Program-made: the position numbers and the translations under genes
Notes under the pieces: model-generated
What the model was told of the DNA's origin: nothing
The model's input: the letters and a program-made list of their open reading frames with translations, nothing else
The model's database searches: none
Shown here: positions 37,117 through 49,900 of the stretch, one piece after another
Layout: each line of letters begins with the position of its first letter
Position numbering within the stretch: position 1 is the stretch's first letter
DNA from: Balanoglossus misakiensis
Taxonomy: Eukaryota > Animalia > Hemichordata
DNA length: 64,000 bases
Direction of reading: 5' to 3'
Assembly (NCBI GenBank): GCA_040954595.2
Contig: CM082587.2
Span: 11,413,403 to 11,477,402, forward strand

Positions 37117-40100
37117 ATGGATTTTTCAGTTTTGACGTTTAATACAAGAGGGCTCCGTAGTTTCAAAAAAAGGAAAAAACTTGGATGTTGGTTAAATAGT
37201 AAGAACCCCACATTTACTTTCTTACAAGAAACCCACAGTGTAAAAGACGATGTTCACTTTTGGTCAACTCAATTTAATGGTCGCTGTTGGTTTTCGCATG
37301 GAACAAACAATAGTAGAGGTGTAATAACAATTATCAATAACCCAAATATTATAGTTAACAATTCTGTAACTGACGATATGGGTAGATTTATTCTTATTGA
37401 TGTAAATTTAGACAATACGCCTTGTATACTACTTAATGTATATGCACCCAATATAGAGAAAGAGCATGTAATTTTTCTAGAAGAAATGTATTTTTTTGCT
37501 GGTCAAATATGTAACCGATCCCAACACAATTGTCATTTTAGGAGGGGATTTAAATTTCACCTATAATATTGCCCTTGATCGCTCAGGAGGCAATCCTAAA
37601 CCATGGGGAAAGTCCATTGCTCTTTGAGATAGGATATCTGACGTCTTCAATTTGATTGATATATGGAGGGTGCGTCATGAAGAAAAGAGAGGTTTTACCT
37701 GGAGAAGGCGCAGGCCTTATATCACTCAGAGTAGACTTGATTATTTTTTCATTTCTAGCGATTTACAGCAACAAATCAGTAGCGTTCAGATTATTCCTGG
37801 AGTGGATTCCGACCATTCAGCTGTCTCTTTGGTGTATAAATCTTGCCAAAACGAGCGGGGTCCTGGCTACTGGAAGTTTAATTCTAGTTTAATTTACGAC
37901 AGTACTTTCAAAACCATTCTGCACGATAATATTGACGAGTGGATTAGTGAATCCACTAGGTTAAATGATGGGGTTCGTTGGGACTTCATAAAATTTAAGA
38001 TTAGAGGTTTTGTGATTGACTACAGCAAAACAGTGGCGAAAAAACGTAGACAGAATTTACAGAATCTTGAACTGTCGGTGAATTTTCTTGAGGGTCTTTG
38101 TTCTAATCATCCTACAGTGCAAAATTACGAGATGCTCGAGTCAGCAAAGAGTGATTTGGAGAAAGTTTATGATTATATTACAGAAGGAGCGGTCGTAAGA
38201 TCCAGGATTAATTGGTACGAGAAAGGTGAAAAATGTAACAAGTTCTTTTTAGGTTTGGAAAAGGTAAATAAACGCAACTCGAGTATCAGCAATTTGAAGA
38301 AAGATGAGTATACAATTATAGACAACCCAAAGAATATTTTGTGTGAAATTAAGCAGTTTTATGCCAAGCTTTACTCAAGGTGCGCCACAAACTCCAACGA
38401 TGTGCATTATTTCCTGGATGCAAATTTACCAATGTTGTCAGAGAATGATAAAGTTTTGTGTGAGGGTCCTTTGACCCCTGGGGAAGTTTTCTCTGTTCTT
38501 CTCTCCCTTCCAGACAACAAACGCCCCGGCAATGATGGCCTTACAAAAGAATTTTACGTGGCGTTTTGGCCACAGGTGGGGAATTTAGTTTTGAATTCTC
38601 TCAATTATGGTTACAGAACGGGGGAATTTTCAAATTCACAGAAACAGAGTGTCATAACTCTGATTGATAAACCTGGGAAGGATCAACTCTATCTGAAAAA
38701 TTGGAGACCAATCTCCCTTATGAATGTTGACATGAAGCTTGCTTCAAAATGCCTTGTTAAACGTATTGAGAAAGTTTTGCCCTGCTTAATTGGTGACTCC
38801 CAAGCGGCCTTTGTCCGGGGGAGAAACATTGGTGATTATATCCGTTTGATAGATGAGATTTTTCATCACACCTGTAATGCTGATATTCCAGCAATTTTAT
38901 TAGCCATAGATTTCGAAAAAGCTTTTGACACTGTAAGTTGGGATTATCTCTACAATACATTGTCATCCTTTAATTTTGGAGTGTCCTTCATCAACTGGGT
39001 TAAAGCCTTATATTTTAACATTGAAAGCACTGTAATGAACAATGGGTTTGGGACTGGCTATTTTAAGCTTGAGAAGGGAGTGCGCCAAGGCGACCCTTTG
39101 TCACCTATGTTATTTATTCTGGTTTTAGAAACACTCTTGCATTCAATAAGAAATAACCGGCAAATTAGTGGTATCAATATTGGCAGTGTTGAAATTAAGG
39201 AGTCGGCGTTCGCCGACGATATGACCTGTTTTTTATCAAATGAAAACTCTGTAAGAATTGTTTTTGAAATGTTAACTTCCTTTTATAATGCTTCTGGTTT
39301 GAAAGTCAACAAAGATAAGACAGAAGCTGTTTGGCTTGGGAAATGGAGACTTCGAAAAGATGAGGCGTTCGGGGTAAAGTGGCCCACCCCTACTATCAAG
39401 ATTGTGGGGATTCATTTTTCTTATAATGAAAAAATTGCCCAGGAAAAAAATATTGTTACCCCAGTCGAAAATCTAAAAAAGGTCCTCAATATGTGGAAAA
39501 CTAGGAATTTGACCATCATTGGGAAAGTTCAAGTTATTAAGTCATTGGCAATTTCCAAATTAACATATGTGCTTACACATGTAATTTTTCCTAATGAAGT
39601 AATAGGTCGGGTTCATAAGTTAATTTATAATTTTCTCTGGAATGGACAAGACCGGGTTCGCAGGAATGTAATGATAGGGGAGGTGGGCCAAGGAGGCTTA
39701 AAAATGCCCAATTTAGATGTGATGATAAAAACAAAGCAAGTATTACTGATTAAACGCCTGTTGAATGAGGAATGTAAACACCCTTGGAAACACATTGTCT
39801 TACACAGTTTAGAGAAAGTCGGTGGAAAATTACTTTTTAAATGTAACTTCCGCACCAATCTTTTGCCTGTCCAAGTTTCCAGTTTTATAAATAATTGTCT
39901 TGTCACATGGTCAGAAATCAACATAATTCCAAATACTACAGACCAGGTGATTTGGAACAACAGAAACGTCCTCGTTGGAGGAAAGTCGGTATTTTATAAG
40001 GCTTTTTCTGACGCTGGCTTTAATTTCATCCCTGACATGTTTACAGGTTTTAATAGAGTATCATGGTCTGTATTTGAGCAGAAAGGCCTGAATTTAAATC

Positions 40101-40831
40101 AGAAATTGAAGTGGTTAGGATTGACACTTTCTGTTCCAAACAAGTTAAAAAATTGTACCAAAGCACATAGTGTACATAAGCTTTGTATTTCATTGAATGG
40201 CACAATCTGTAATTTAGACACTTTAACGAAAAAGAGTTTGAAATGTAATTTGAACGACCGTATTATAGAGACTCCAAAAAGTCAAGCAACACTGGAAAAA
40301 ATGTTGAATATATTTAATCTAAACTGGGAAAAAATGTATGACTTCACTTACAAGTTATCAATACATTGTAAGGCTAGAGCTTTTCAATTTAAATTACTTC
40401 ACAATATTTTGTATACAAACAAACAGCTAAACAGGTACAATCCACAGAAATTTTCAACTGCTCTTTGTGATTTATGTAAAGTGGAAACAGAGTCCATCGA
40501 CCATTTATTTCATAGTTGCAATTGTACTACTGCTCTCTGGAGGGACCTACTGTTTACGTTGGGTATCCCTCTTAAATTGAAAAAACCACCATCAGTGTTA
40601 TGTATGGTTTTGGGTGACCCAAACGAGACTTTTATAGTCAATTTTATAGCAATGCAAGTTAGAATGTACATTTACTACTGTAAATTAAATAATCGAATTC
40701 CGAATATCACTGGGTTTATTGTTCAGCTCAAAAACATACATGAAATTGAACTTAAGATTGCAACTGCAAATCATAAAATGTATTTTCATCTTAAAAAATG
40801 GTCATCACTTATGAGGTATATAACAAACTGA
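37117..40831 (+). pseudogene. LINE ORF2 (APE endonuclease, reverse transcriptase, CCHC), disrupted by a frameshift and a stop
   Basis: Begins TFNTRGL, LQETH, NVYAPN. Frame change near the T7 run at ~37491-37497, then ILGGDLN (37535-37555) and an in-frame TGA at 37625. Continues SRLDYF, SDH, WRPISL, DFEKAFD, GVRQGDPLSP, FADD, CDLC..HLFHSC. Confidence 0.92.
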
Positions 40832-40988
40832 GAATACCAGATTGTTTTTTTTTTTCTCTTCTTTCCATTAAGTTATGCTTCCAAAAAATAATTGTCAATT
40901 TTTTTTTTTTTTTTTTTTTTTTAAATCTACTTATGTATCAAAATGACTGTTTGTGTTCCCAATAAAAAGTATTAAAAAAAAAAAAAAA

Positions 40989-43900
40989 AAAGTCACAGCG
41001 GGTCAACACTCGACATTTGTTCCGGTAGGACTGCATTATTGCCTGTCAATTTATAGAGAAAGCCCAAATTTAACCAGGGCGTTTCAAACACCGACGTTAG
41101 TTGGGGGCACGGCCTGCAGTACTGCCGGGTAAGCTGACATCAGCGTACCGCATATAATGTAGGGGGGGGGAACAGAACGGTTAAATACTACATTTATCAG
41201 ATATCAGCTAATTTTGGACAATCATCTAAAATGTAAATCATCTTTTCATATTTGGATATCTGATGATGTATGACATTTCCATTATATGTAAAAATGGTGC
41301 TGATTATAAAAATGCACTCTGAATGAGCTGATTTAATGCAAAATTGCGTTTTATTCGTTTTTGCACCAAAAAGGTCATTTTTAGGCAAAACATTCTTTAT
41401 TTTTTTAATTCGGTGACCTGATCATATATAAACAATTGCTTGTATGTTAAAAGTTTTTATGACTTTTAAAAGCAGTGACACTGGCGGCATTCAACACGAA
41501 AATAACAATTTTAGCCACAATTTGGTCAAAGTGGTAAATTTTTGAAAATTACAAAAAATACCTGTTTTCTACATTTTCGGAAATCTGATGGAGTATAGAA
41601 TGCTCTTCGTATGTATATATCGATACAAATTCCACAAAAGACCGTCTAATTTGGCTCACTGCAGACAAAATTGCGTTTTACAAAATTTTCCTTGAAAATG
41701 TCATTTTTAGAAAAAAAAAATAAAAAAACCTTTTATCTTCGAATTTGGTGCCCTGATCATATATGACATGTTGATTGTATGTTAAAACTTTCCAAAAATG
41801 CAGAGATATTGACGGAATTCAAGAAAAAATAGCCATTTTGGCCATATTTTGACAAAAATGGTAAATTTTTAAAAAATCATAAAAAATTAACTCTTTTCTT
41901 CATTTTCGGAAATATTATGGAGCATGAAGTGTCGTTCTCTTGTAAAAAGTGCTGCAAATTCCAGAAAAGGCGGTATAATTTGAATCACCCAAGACAAAAT
42001 TACCATTTTCGACTTTTTTTCGAAAAATTGTCTTTTTTACAAAATAAATAAGAATTAATTCTTTTCTTAGTTTCAAACGGGTAGAGATACTTTCCACACG
42101 GGTTTTCTAACATTGAATTCCCGTTCATCAACTCAGATTTCCTACAGCATAAGTCGGCTAAAACCCTGAGACTTTAGAGCAGAAACAGTTGCACACTGGT
42201 AACGTTGAACAAGTCGATTTTTCTACGGCCTGGCTCGGCTAAATCTCCGTCACAATATGACAGACACTATCGTACGTTAGCAACGGTGATCAAGTCAGAT
42301 TTTCAACGGCATGGGTTGGATAAAGCCCCGGCACTCTAGAGCAGAAACACGCGTACAGAGACCACGTTGATCAAGTCTGATCTCCTACGGCTTGGCTCGA
42401 CTAAAACCCCGGCACACTATGACAGACACTAGCGTTCGTTAGCAACGTTGATCAAGTCAGATTTCCTACGGCATGGCTTGGCTAAAGCCCTGGCACTCTA
42501 GAGCAGAAACACGCGTACAGAGACCACGTTGATCTACTCACATTTCCTTCGGCCTGGCACGGCTGATGCCCCGGCACTATATATAGGACACAGACTGGCG
42601 TAAGTTAACAACGGTAATCACGTCGGGTTTCCTACGGCCTGGCTCAGCTGAAGCCCCGGCACTCTAGAGCAGAAACAGGCGTACATTGACCACGTTGATC
42701 AAGTCAGATTTCCTACGGCGTGACTCGGCTGGTGCACCGGCTCTATATGACACAGACTGGCGTAAGTTATCAACGGTGATTACGTCGGATTTCCTACGGC
42801 CTGGTTTAGCTGAAGCCCCGGCACTTTAGAGCGGAAACACGCGTACATTGACCACGATGATCAAGTCAGATCTCCTACGGCCTGGCTCGACTAAAACCCC
42901 GGCACACCATTACAGACACTAGCGTTCGTTAGCAACGGTGATCAAGTCGGATTTCCTTCGGCCTGGCTCTGTAAAAGACCCGACACTCTAGTACAAAGAC
43001 GTTGGCTAAGTCGGGCAAACCGAACAGGGAAAGTCACAGCGGGTCAACACTCGACATTTGTTCCGGTAGGACTGCATTATTGCCTGTCAATTTATAGAGA
43101 AAGCCCGAATTTAACCAGGGCGTGTCAAACACCGACGTTAGTTGGGGGCACGGCCTGCAGTACTGCCGGGTAAGCTGACATCAGCGTACCGCATATAATG
43201 TAGGGGGGGGGGGGGGACAGAACGGTTAAATACTACATTTATCAGATATCAGCTAATTTTGGACAATCATCTAAAATGTAAATCATCTTTTCATATTTGG
43301 ATATCTGATGATGTATGACATTTCCATTATATGTAAAAATGGTGCTGATTATAAAAATGCACTCTGAATGAGCTGATTTAATGCAAAATTGCGTTTTATT
43401 CGTTTTTGCACCAAAAAGGTCATTTTTAGGCAAAACATTCTTTATTTTTTTAATTCGGTGACCTGATCATATATAAACAATTGCTTGTATGTTAAAAGTT
43501 TTTATGACTTTTAAAAGCAGTGACACTGGCGGCATTCAACACGAAAATAACAATTTTAGCCACAATTTGGTCAAAATGGTAAATTTTTGAAAATTACAAA
43601 AAATACCTGTTTTCTACATTTTCGGAAATCTGATGGAGTATAGAATGCTCTTCGTACGTATATATCGATACAAATTCCACAAAAGACCGTCTAATTTGGC
43701 TCACTGCAGACAAAATTGCGTTTTACAAAATTTTCCTTGAAAATGTCATTTTTAGAAAAAAAAAATAAAAAAACCTTTTATCTTCGAATTTGGTGCCCTG
43801 ATCATATATGACATGTTGATTGTATGTTAAAACTTTCGACCACTCCAAAAATGCAGAGATATTGACGGAATTCAAGAAAAAATAGCCATTTTGGCCATAT

Positions 43901-46900
43901 TTTGACAAAAATGGTAAATTTTTAAAAAATCATAAAAAATTAACTCTTTTCTTCATTTTCGGAAATATTATGGAGCATGAAGTGTCGTTCTCTTGTAAAA
44001 AGTGCTGCAAATTCCAGAAAAGGCGGTATAATTTGAATCACCCAAGACAAAATTACCATTTTCGACTTTTTTTCGAAAAATTGTCTTTTTTACAAAATAA
44101 ATAAGAATTAATTCTTTTCTTAGTTTCAAACGGGTAGAGATACTTTCCACACGGGTTTTCTAACATTGAATTCCCGTTCATCAACTCAGATTTCCTACAG
44201 CATAAGTCGGCTAAAACCCTGAGACTTTAGAGCAGAAACAGTTGCACACTGGTAACGTTGAACAAGTCGATTTTTCTACGGCCTGGCTCGGCTAAATCTC
44301 CGTCACAATATGACAGACACTATCGTACGTTAGCAACGGTGATCAAGTCAGATTTTCAACGGCATGGGTTGGATAAAGCCCCGGCACTCTAGAGCAGAAA
44401 CACGCGTACAGAGACCACGTTGATCAAGTCTGATCTCCTACGGCTTGGCTCGACTAAAACCCCGGCACACTATGACAGACACTAGCGTTCGTTAGCAACG
44501 TTGATCAAGTCAGATTTCCTACGGCATGGCTTTGCTAAAGCCCTGACACTCTAGAGCAGAAACACGCGTACAGAGACCACGTTGATCTACTCACATTTCC
44601 TTCGGCCTGGCACGGCTGATGCCCCGGCACTATATATAGGACACAGACTGGCGTAAGTTAACAACGGTAATCACGTCGGGTTTCCTACGGCCTGGCTCAG
44701 CTGAAGCCCCGGCACTCTAGAGCAGAAACAGGCGTACATTGACCACGTTGATCAAGTCAGATTTCCTACGGCGTGACTCGGCTGGTGCACCGGCTCTATA
44801 TGACACAGACTGGCGTAAGTTATCAACGGTGATTACGTCGGATTTCCTACGGCCTGGTTTAGCTGAAGCCCCGGCACTTTAGAGCGGAAACACGCGTACA
44901 TTGACCACGATGATCAAGTCAGATCTCCTACGGCCTGGCTCGACTAAAACCCCGGCACACCATGACAGACACTAGCGTTCGTTAGCAACGGTGATCAAGT
45001 CGGATTTCCTTCGGCCTGGCTCTGCAAAAGACCCGACACTCTAGTACAAAGACGTTGGCTAAGTCGGGCAAACCGAACAGGGAAAGTCACAGCGGGTCAA
45101 CACTCGACATTTGTTCCGGTAGGACTGCTTTATTGCCTGTCAATTTATAGAGAAAGCCCGAATTTAACCAGGGCGTTTCAAACACCGACGTTAGTTGGGG
45201 GCACGGCCTGCAGTACTGCCGGGTAAGCTGACATCAGCGTACCGCATATAATGTAGGGGGGGGGGGAACAGAACGGTTAAATACTACATTTATCAGATAT
45301 CAGCTAATTTTGGACAATCATCTAAAATGTAAATCATCTTTTCATATTTGGATATCTGATGATGTATGAAATTTCCAATATATGTAAAAATGGTGCTGAT
45401 TATAAAAAATGCACTCTGAATGAGCTGATTTAATATAAAATTGCGTTTTATTCGTTTTTGCACCAAAAAGGTCATTTTTAGGCAAAACATTCTTTATTTT
45501 TTTAATTCGGTGACCTGATCATATATAAGCAATTGCTTGCATGTTAAAAGTTTTTATGACTTTTAAAAGCAGTGACACTGGCGGCATTCAACACGAAAAT
45601 AACAATTTTAACCACAATTTGGTCAAAATGGTAAATTTTTGAAAATTACAAAAAATACCTGTTTTCTACATTTTCGGAAATCTGATGGAGTATAGAATGC
45701 TCTTCGTATATATATATCGATACAAATTCCACAAAAGACCGTCTAATTTGGCTCACTGCAGACAAAATTGCGTTTTACCAAATTTTCCTTGAAAATGTCA
45801 TTTTTAGAAAAATAAAATAAAAAAACCTTCGTTCTTCGAATTTGGTGCCCTGATCATATATGATATGTTGATTGTATGTTAAAACTTTCGACCACTCCAA
45901 AAATGCAGAGATATTGACGGAATTCAAGAAAAAATAGCCATTTTGGCCATATTTTGACAAAATGGTACATTTTTAAAAAATCATAAAAAATAAACTCTTT
46001 TCTTCATTTTCGGAAATATTATGGAGCATGAAGTGTCGTTCTCTTGTAAAAAGTGCTGCAAATTCCAGAAAATGTGGTATAATTTGAATCACCCAAGACA
46101 AAATTACCATTTTCGACTTGTTTTCGAAAAATTGTCTTTTTTACAAAATAAATAAGAATAAATTCTTTTCTTAGTTTCAAACGGGTAGAGATACTTTCCA
46201 CACGGGTTTTCTAACATTGAATTCCCGTTTATCAACTCAGATTTCCTACAGCATAAGTCGGCTAAAACCCTGACACTCTAGAGCAGAAACAGTTGCACAC
46301 TGATAACGTTGAACAAGTCGATTTTTCTACGGCCTGGCACGGCTAAATCTCGTCACAATATGACAGACACTAGCGTACGTTAGCAACGGTGATCAAGTCA
46401 GATTTTCAACGGCATGGGTTGGATAAAGCCCCGGCACTCTAGAGCAGAAACACGCATACAGAGACCACGTTGATCAAGTCTGATCTCCTACGGCTTGGCT
46501 CGACTAAAACCCCGGCACACTATGACAGACACTAGCGTTCGTTAGAAACGTTGATCAAGTCAGATTTCCTACGGCATGGCTTTGCTAAAGCCCTGACACT
46601 CTAGAGCAGAAACACGCGTACAGAGACCACGTTGATCTACTCACATTTCCTTCGGCCTGGCACGGCTGATGCCCCGGCACTATATATAGGACACAGACTG
46701 GCGTAAGTTAACAACGGTAATCACGTCGGGTTTCCTACGGCCTGGCTCAGCTGAAGCCCCGGCACTCTAGAGCAGAAACAGGCGTACATTGACCACGTTG
46801 ATCAAGTCAGATTTCCTACGGCGTGACTCGGCTGGTGCACCGGCTCTATATGACACAGACTGGCGTAAGTTATCAACGGTGATTACGTCGGATTTCCTAC

Positions 46901-49900
46901 GGCCTGGTTTAGCTGAAGCCCCGGCACTTTAGAGCGGAAACACGCGTACATTGACCACGATGATCAAGTCAGATCTCCTACGGCCTGGCTCGACTAAAAC
47001 CCCGGCACACCATGACAGACACTAGCGTTCGTTAGCAACGGTGATCAAGTCGGATTTCCTTCGGCCTGGCTCTGCAAAAGACCCGACACTCTAGTACAAA
47101 GACGTTGGCTAAGTCGGGCAAACCGAACAGGGAAAGTCACAGCGGGTCAACACTCGACATTTGTTCCGGTAGGACTGCTTTATTGCCTGTCAATTTATAG
47201 AGAAAGCCCGAATTTAACCAGGGCGTTTCAAACACCGACGTTAGTTGGGGGCACGGCCTGCAGTACTGCCGGGTAAGCTGACATCAGCGTACCGCATATA
47301 ATGTAGGGGGGGAACAGAACGGTTAAATACTACATTTATCAGATATCAGCTAATTTTGGACAATCATCTAAAATGTAAATCATCTTTTCATATTTGGATA
47401 TCTGATGAAGTATGAAATTTCCAATATATGTAAAAATGGTGCTGATTATAAAAAATGCACTCTGAATGAGCTGATTTAATACAAAATTGCGTTTTATTCG
47501 TTTTTGCACCAAAAAGGTCATTTTTAGGCAAAACATTCTTTATTTTTTTAATTCGGTGACCTGATCATATATAAGCAATTTCTTGCATGTTAAAAGTTTT
47601 TATGACTTTTAAAAGCAGTGACACTGGCGGCATTCAACACGAAAATAACAATTTTAACCACAATTTGGTCAAAATGGTAAATTTTTGAAAATTACAAAAA
47701 ATACCTGTTTTCTACATTTTCGGAAATCTGATGGAGTATAGAATGCTCTTCGTATATATATATCGATACAAATTCCACAAAAGACCGTCTAATTTGGCTC
47801 ACTGCAGACAAAATTGCGTTTTACCAAATTTTCCTTGAAAATGTCATTTTTAGAAAAATAAAATAAAAAAACCTTCGTTCTTCGAATTTGGTGCCCTGAT
47901 CATATATGATATGTTGATTGTATGTTAAAACTTTCGACCACTCCAAAAATGCAGAGATATTGACGGAATTCAAGAAAAAATAGCCATTTTGACCATATTT
48001 TGACAAAATGGTACATTTTTAAAAAATCATAAAAAATAAACTCTTTTCTTCATTTTCGGAAATATTATGGAGCATGATGTGTCGTTCTTTTGTAAAAAGT
48101 GCTGCAAATTCCAGAAAATGTGGTATAATTTGAATCACCCAAGACAAAATTACCATTTTCGACTTGTTTTCGAAAAATTGTCTTTTTTACAAAATAAATA
48201 AGAATAAATTCTTTTCTTAGTTTCAAACGGGTAGAGATACTTTCCACACGGGTTTTCAAACATTGAATTCCCGTTTATCAACTCAGATTTCCTACAGCAT
48301 AAGTCGGCTAAAACCCTGACACTCTAGAGCAGAAACAGTTGCACACTGATAACGTTGAACAAGTCGATTTTTCTACGGCCTGGCACGGCTAAATCTCGTC
48401 ACAATATGACAGACACTAGCGTACGTTAGCAACGGTGATCAAGTCAGATTTTCAACGGCATGGGTTGGATAAAGCCCCGGCACTCTAGAGCAGAAACACG
48501 CGTACAGAGACCACGTTGATCAAGTCTGATCTCCTACGGCTTGGCTCGACTAAAACCCCGGCACACTATGACAGACACTAGCGTTCGTTAGCAACGTTGA
48601 TCAAGTCAGATTTCCTACGGCATGGCTTTGCTAAAGCCCTGACACTCTAGAGCAGAAACACGCGTACAGAGACCACGTTGATCTACTCACATTTCCTTCG
48701 GCCTGGCACGGCTGATGCCCCGGCACTATATATAGGACACAGACTGGCGTAAGTTAACAACGGTAATCACGTCGGGTTTCCTACGGCCTGGCTCAGCTGA
48801 AGCCCCGGCACTCTAGAGCACAAACAGGCGTACATTGACCACGTTGATCAAGTCAGATTTCCTACGGCGTGACTCGGCTGGTGCACCGGCTCTATATGAC
48901 ACAGACTGGCGTAAGTTATCAACGGTGATTACGTCGGATTTCCTACGGCCTGGTTTAGCTGAAGCCCCGGCACTTTAGAGCGGAAACACGCGTACATTGA
49001 CCACGATGATCAAGTCAGATCTCCTACGGCCTGGCTCGACTAAAACCCCGGCACACCATGACAGACACTAGCGTTCGTTAGCAACGGTGATCAAGTCGGA
49101 TTTCCTTCGGCCTGGCTCTGCAAAAGACCCGACACTCTAGTACAAAGACGTTGGCTAAGTCGGGCAAACCGAACAGGGAAAGTCACAGCGGGTCAACACT
49201 CGACATTTGTTCCGGTAGGACTGCTTTATTGCCTGTCAATTTATAGAGAAAGCCCGAATTTAACCAGGGCGTTTCAAACACCGACGTTAGTTGGGGGCAC
49301 GGCCTGCAGTACTGCCGGGTAAGCTGACATCAGCGTACCGCATATAATGTAGGGGGGGGGGGGAACAGAACGGTTAAATACTACATTTATCAGATATCAG
49401 CTAATTTTGGACAATCATCTAAAATGTAAATCATCTTTTCATATTTGGATATCTGATGATGTATGAAATTTCCAATATATGTAAAAATGGTGCTGATTAT
49501 AAAAAATGCACTCTGAATGAGCTGATTTAATACAAAATTGCGTTTTATTCGTTTTTGCACCAAAAAGGTCATTTTTAGGCAAAACATTCTTTATTTTTTT
49601 AATTCGGTGACCTGATCATATATAAGCAATTGCTTGCATGTTAAAAGTTTTTATGACTTTTAAAAGCAGTGACACTGGCGGCATTCAACACGAAAATAAC
49701 AATTTTAACCACAATTTGGTCAAAATGGTAAATTTTTGAAAATTACAAAAAATACCTGTTTTCTACATTTTCGGAAATCTGATGGAGTATAGAATGCTCT
49801 TCGTATATATATATCGATACAAATTCCACAAAAGACCGTCTAATTTGGCTCACTGCAGACAAAATTGCGTTTTACCAAATTTTCCTTGAAAATGTCATTT

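Larger units (their letters stand above)
36369..40988 (+). mobile_element. 5'-truncated L1/Tx1-clade non-LTR retrotransposon, copy 2
   Basis: TSD AAAGTCACAGCGGGTCA (36352-36368 and 40989-41005), AATAAA at 40961, poly(A) tail, and ORF1 remnant plus APE-RT-CCHC ORF2. Confidence 0.95.

Noticed and set aside
43116-43135. CAGGGCGTGTCAAAC resembling a hAT terminus inside the monomer
   Set aside because: No partner TIR or 8-bp TSD found in the monomer.
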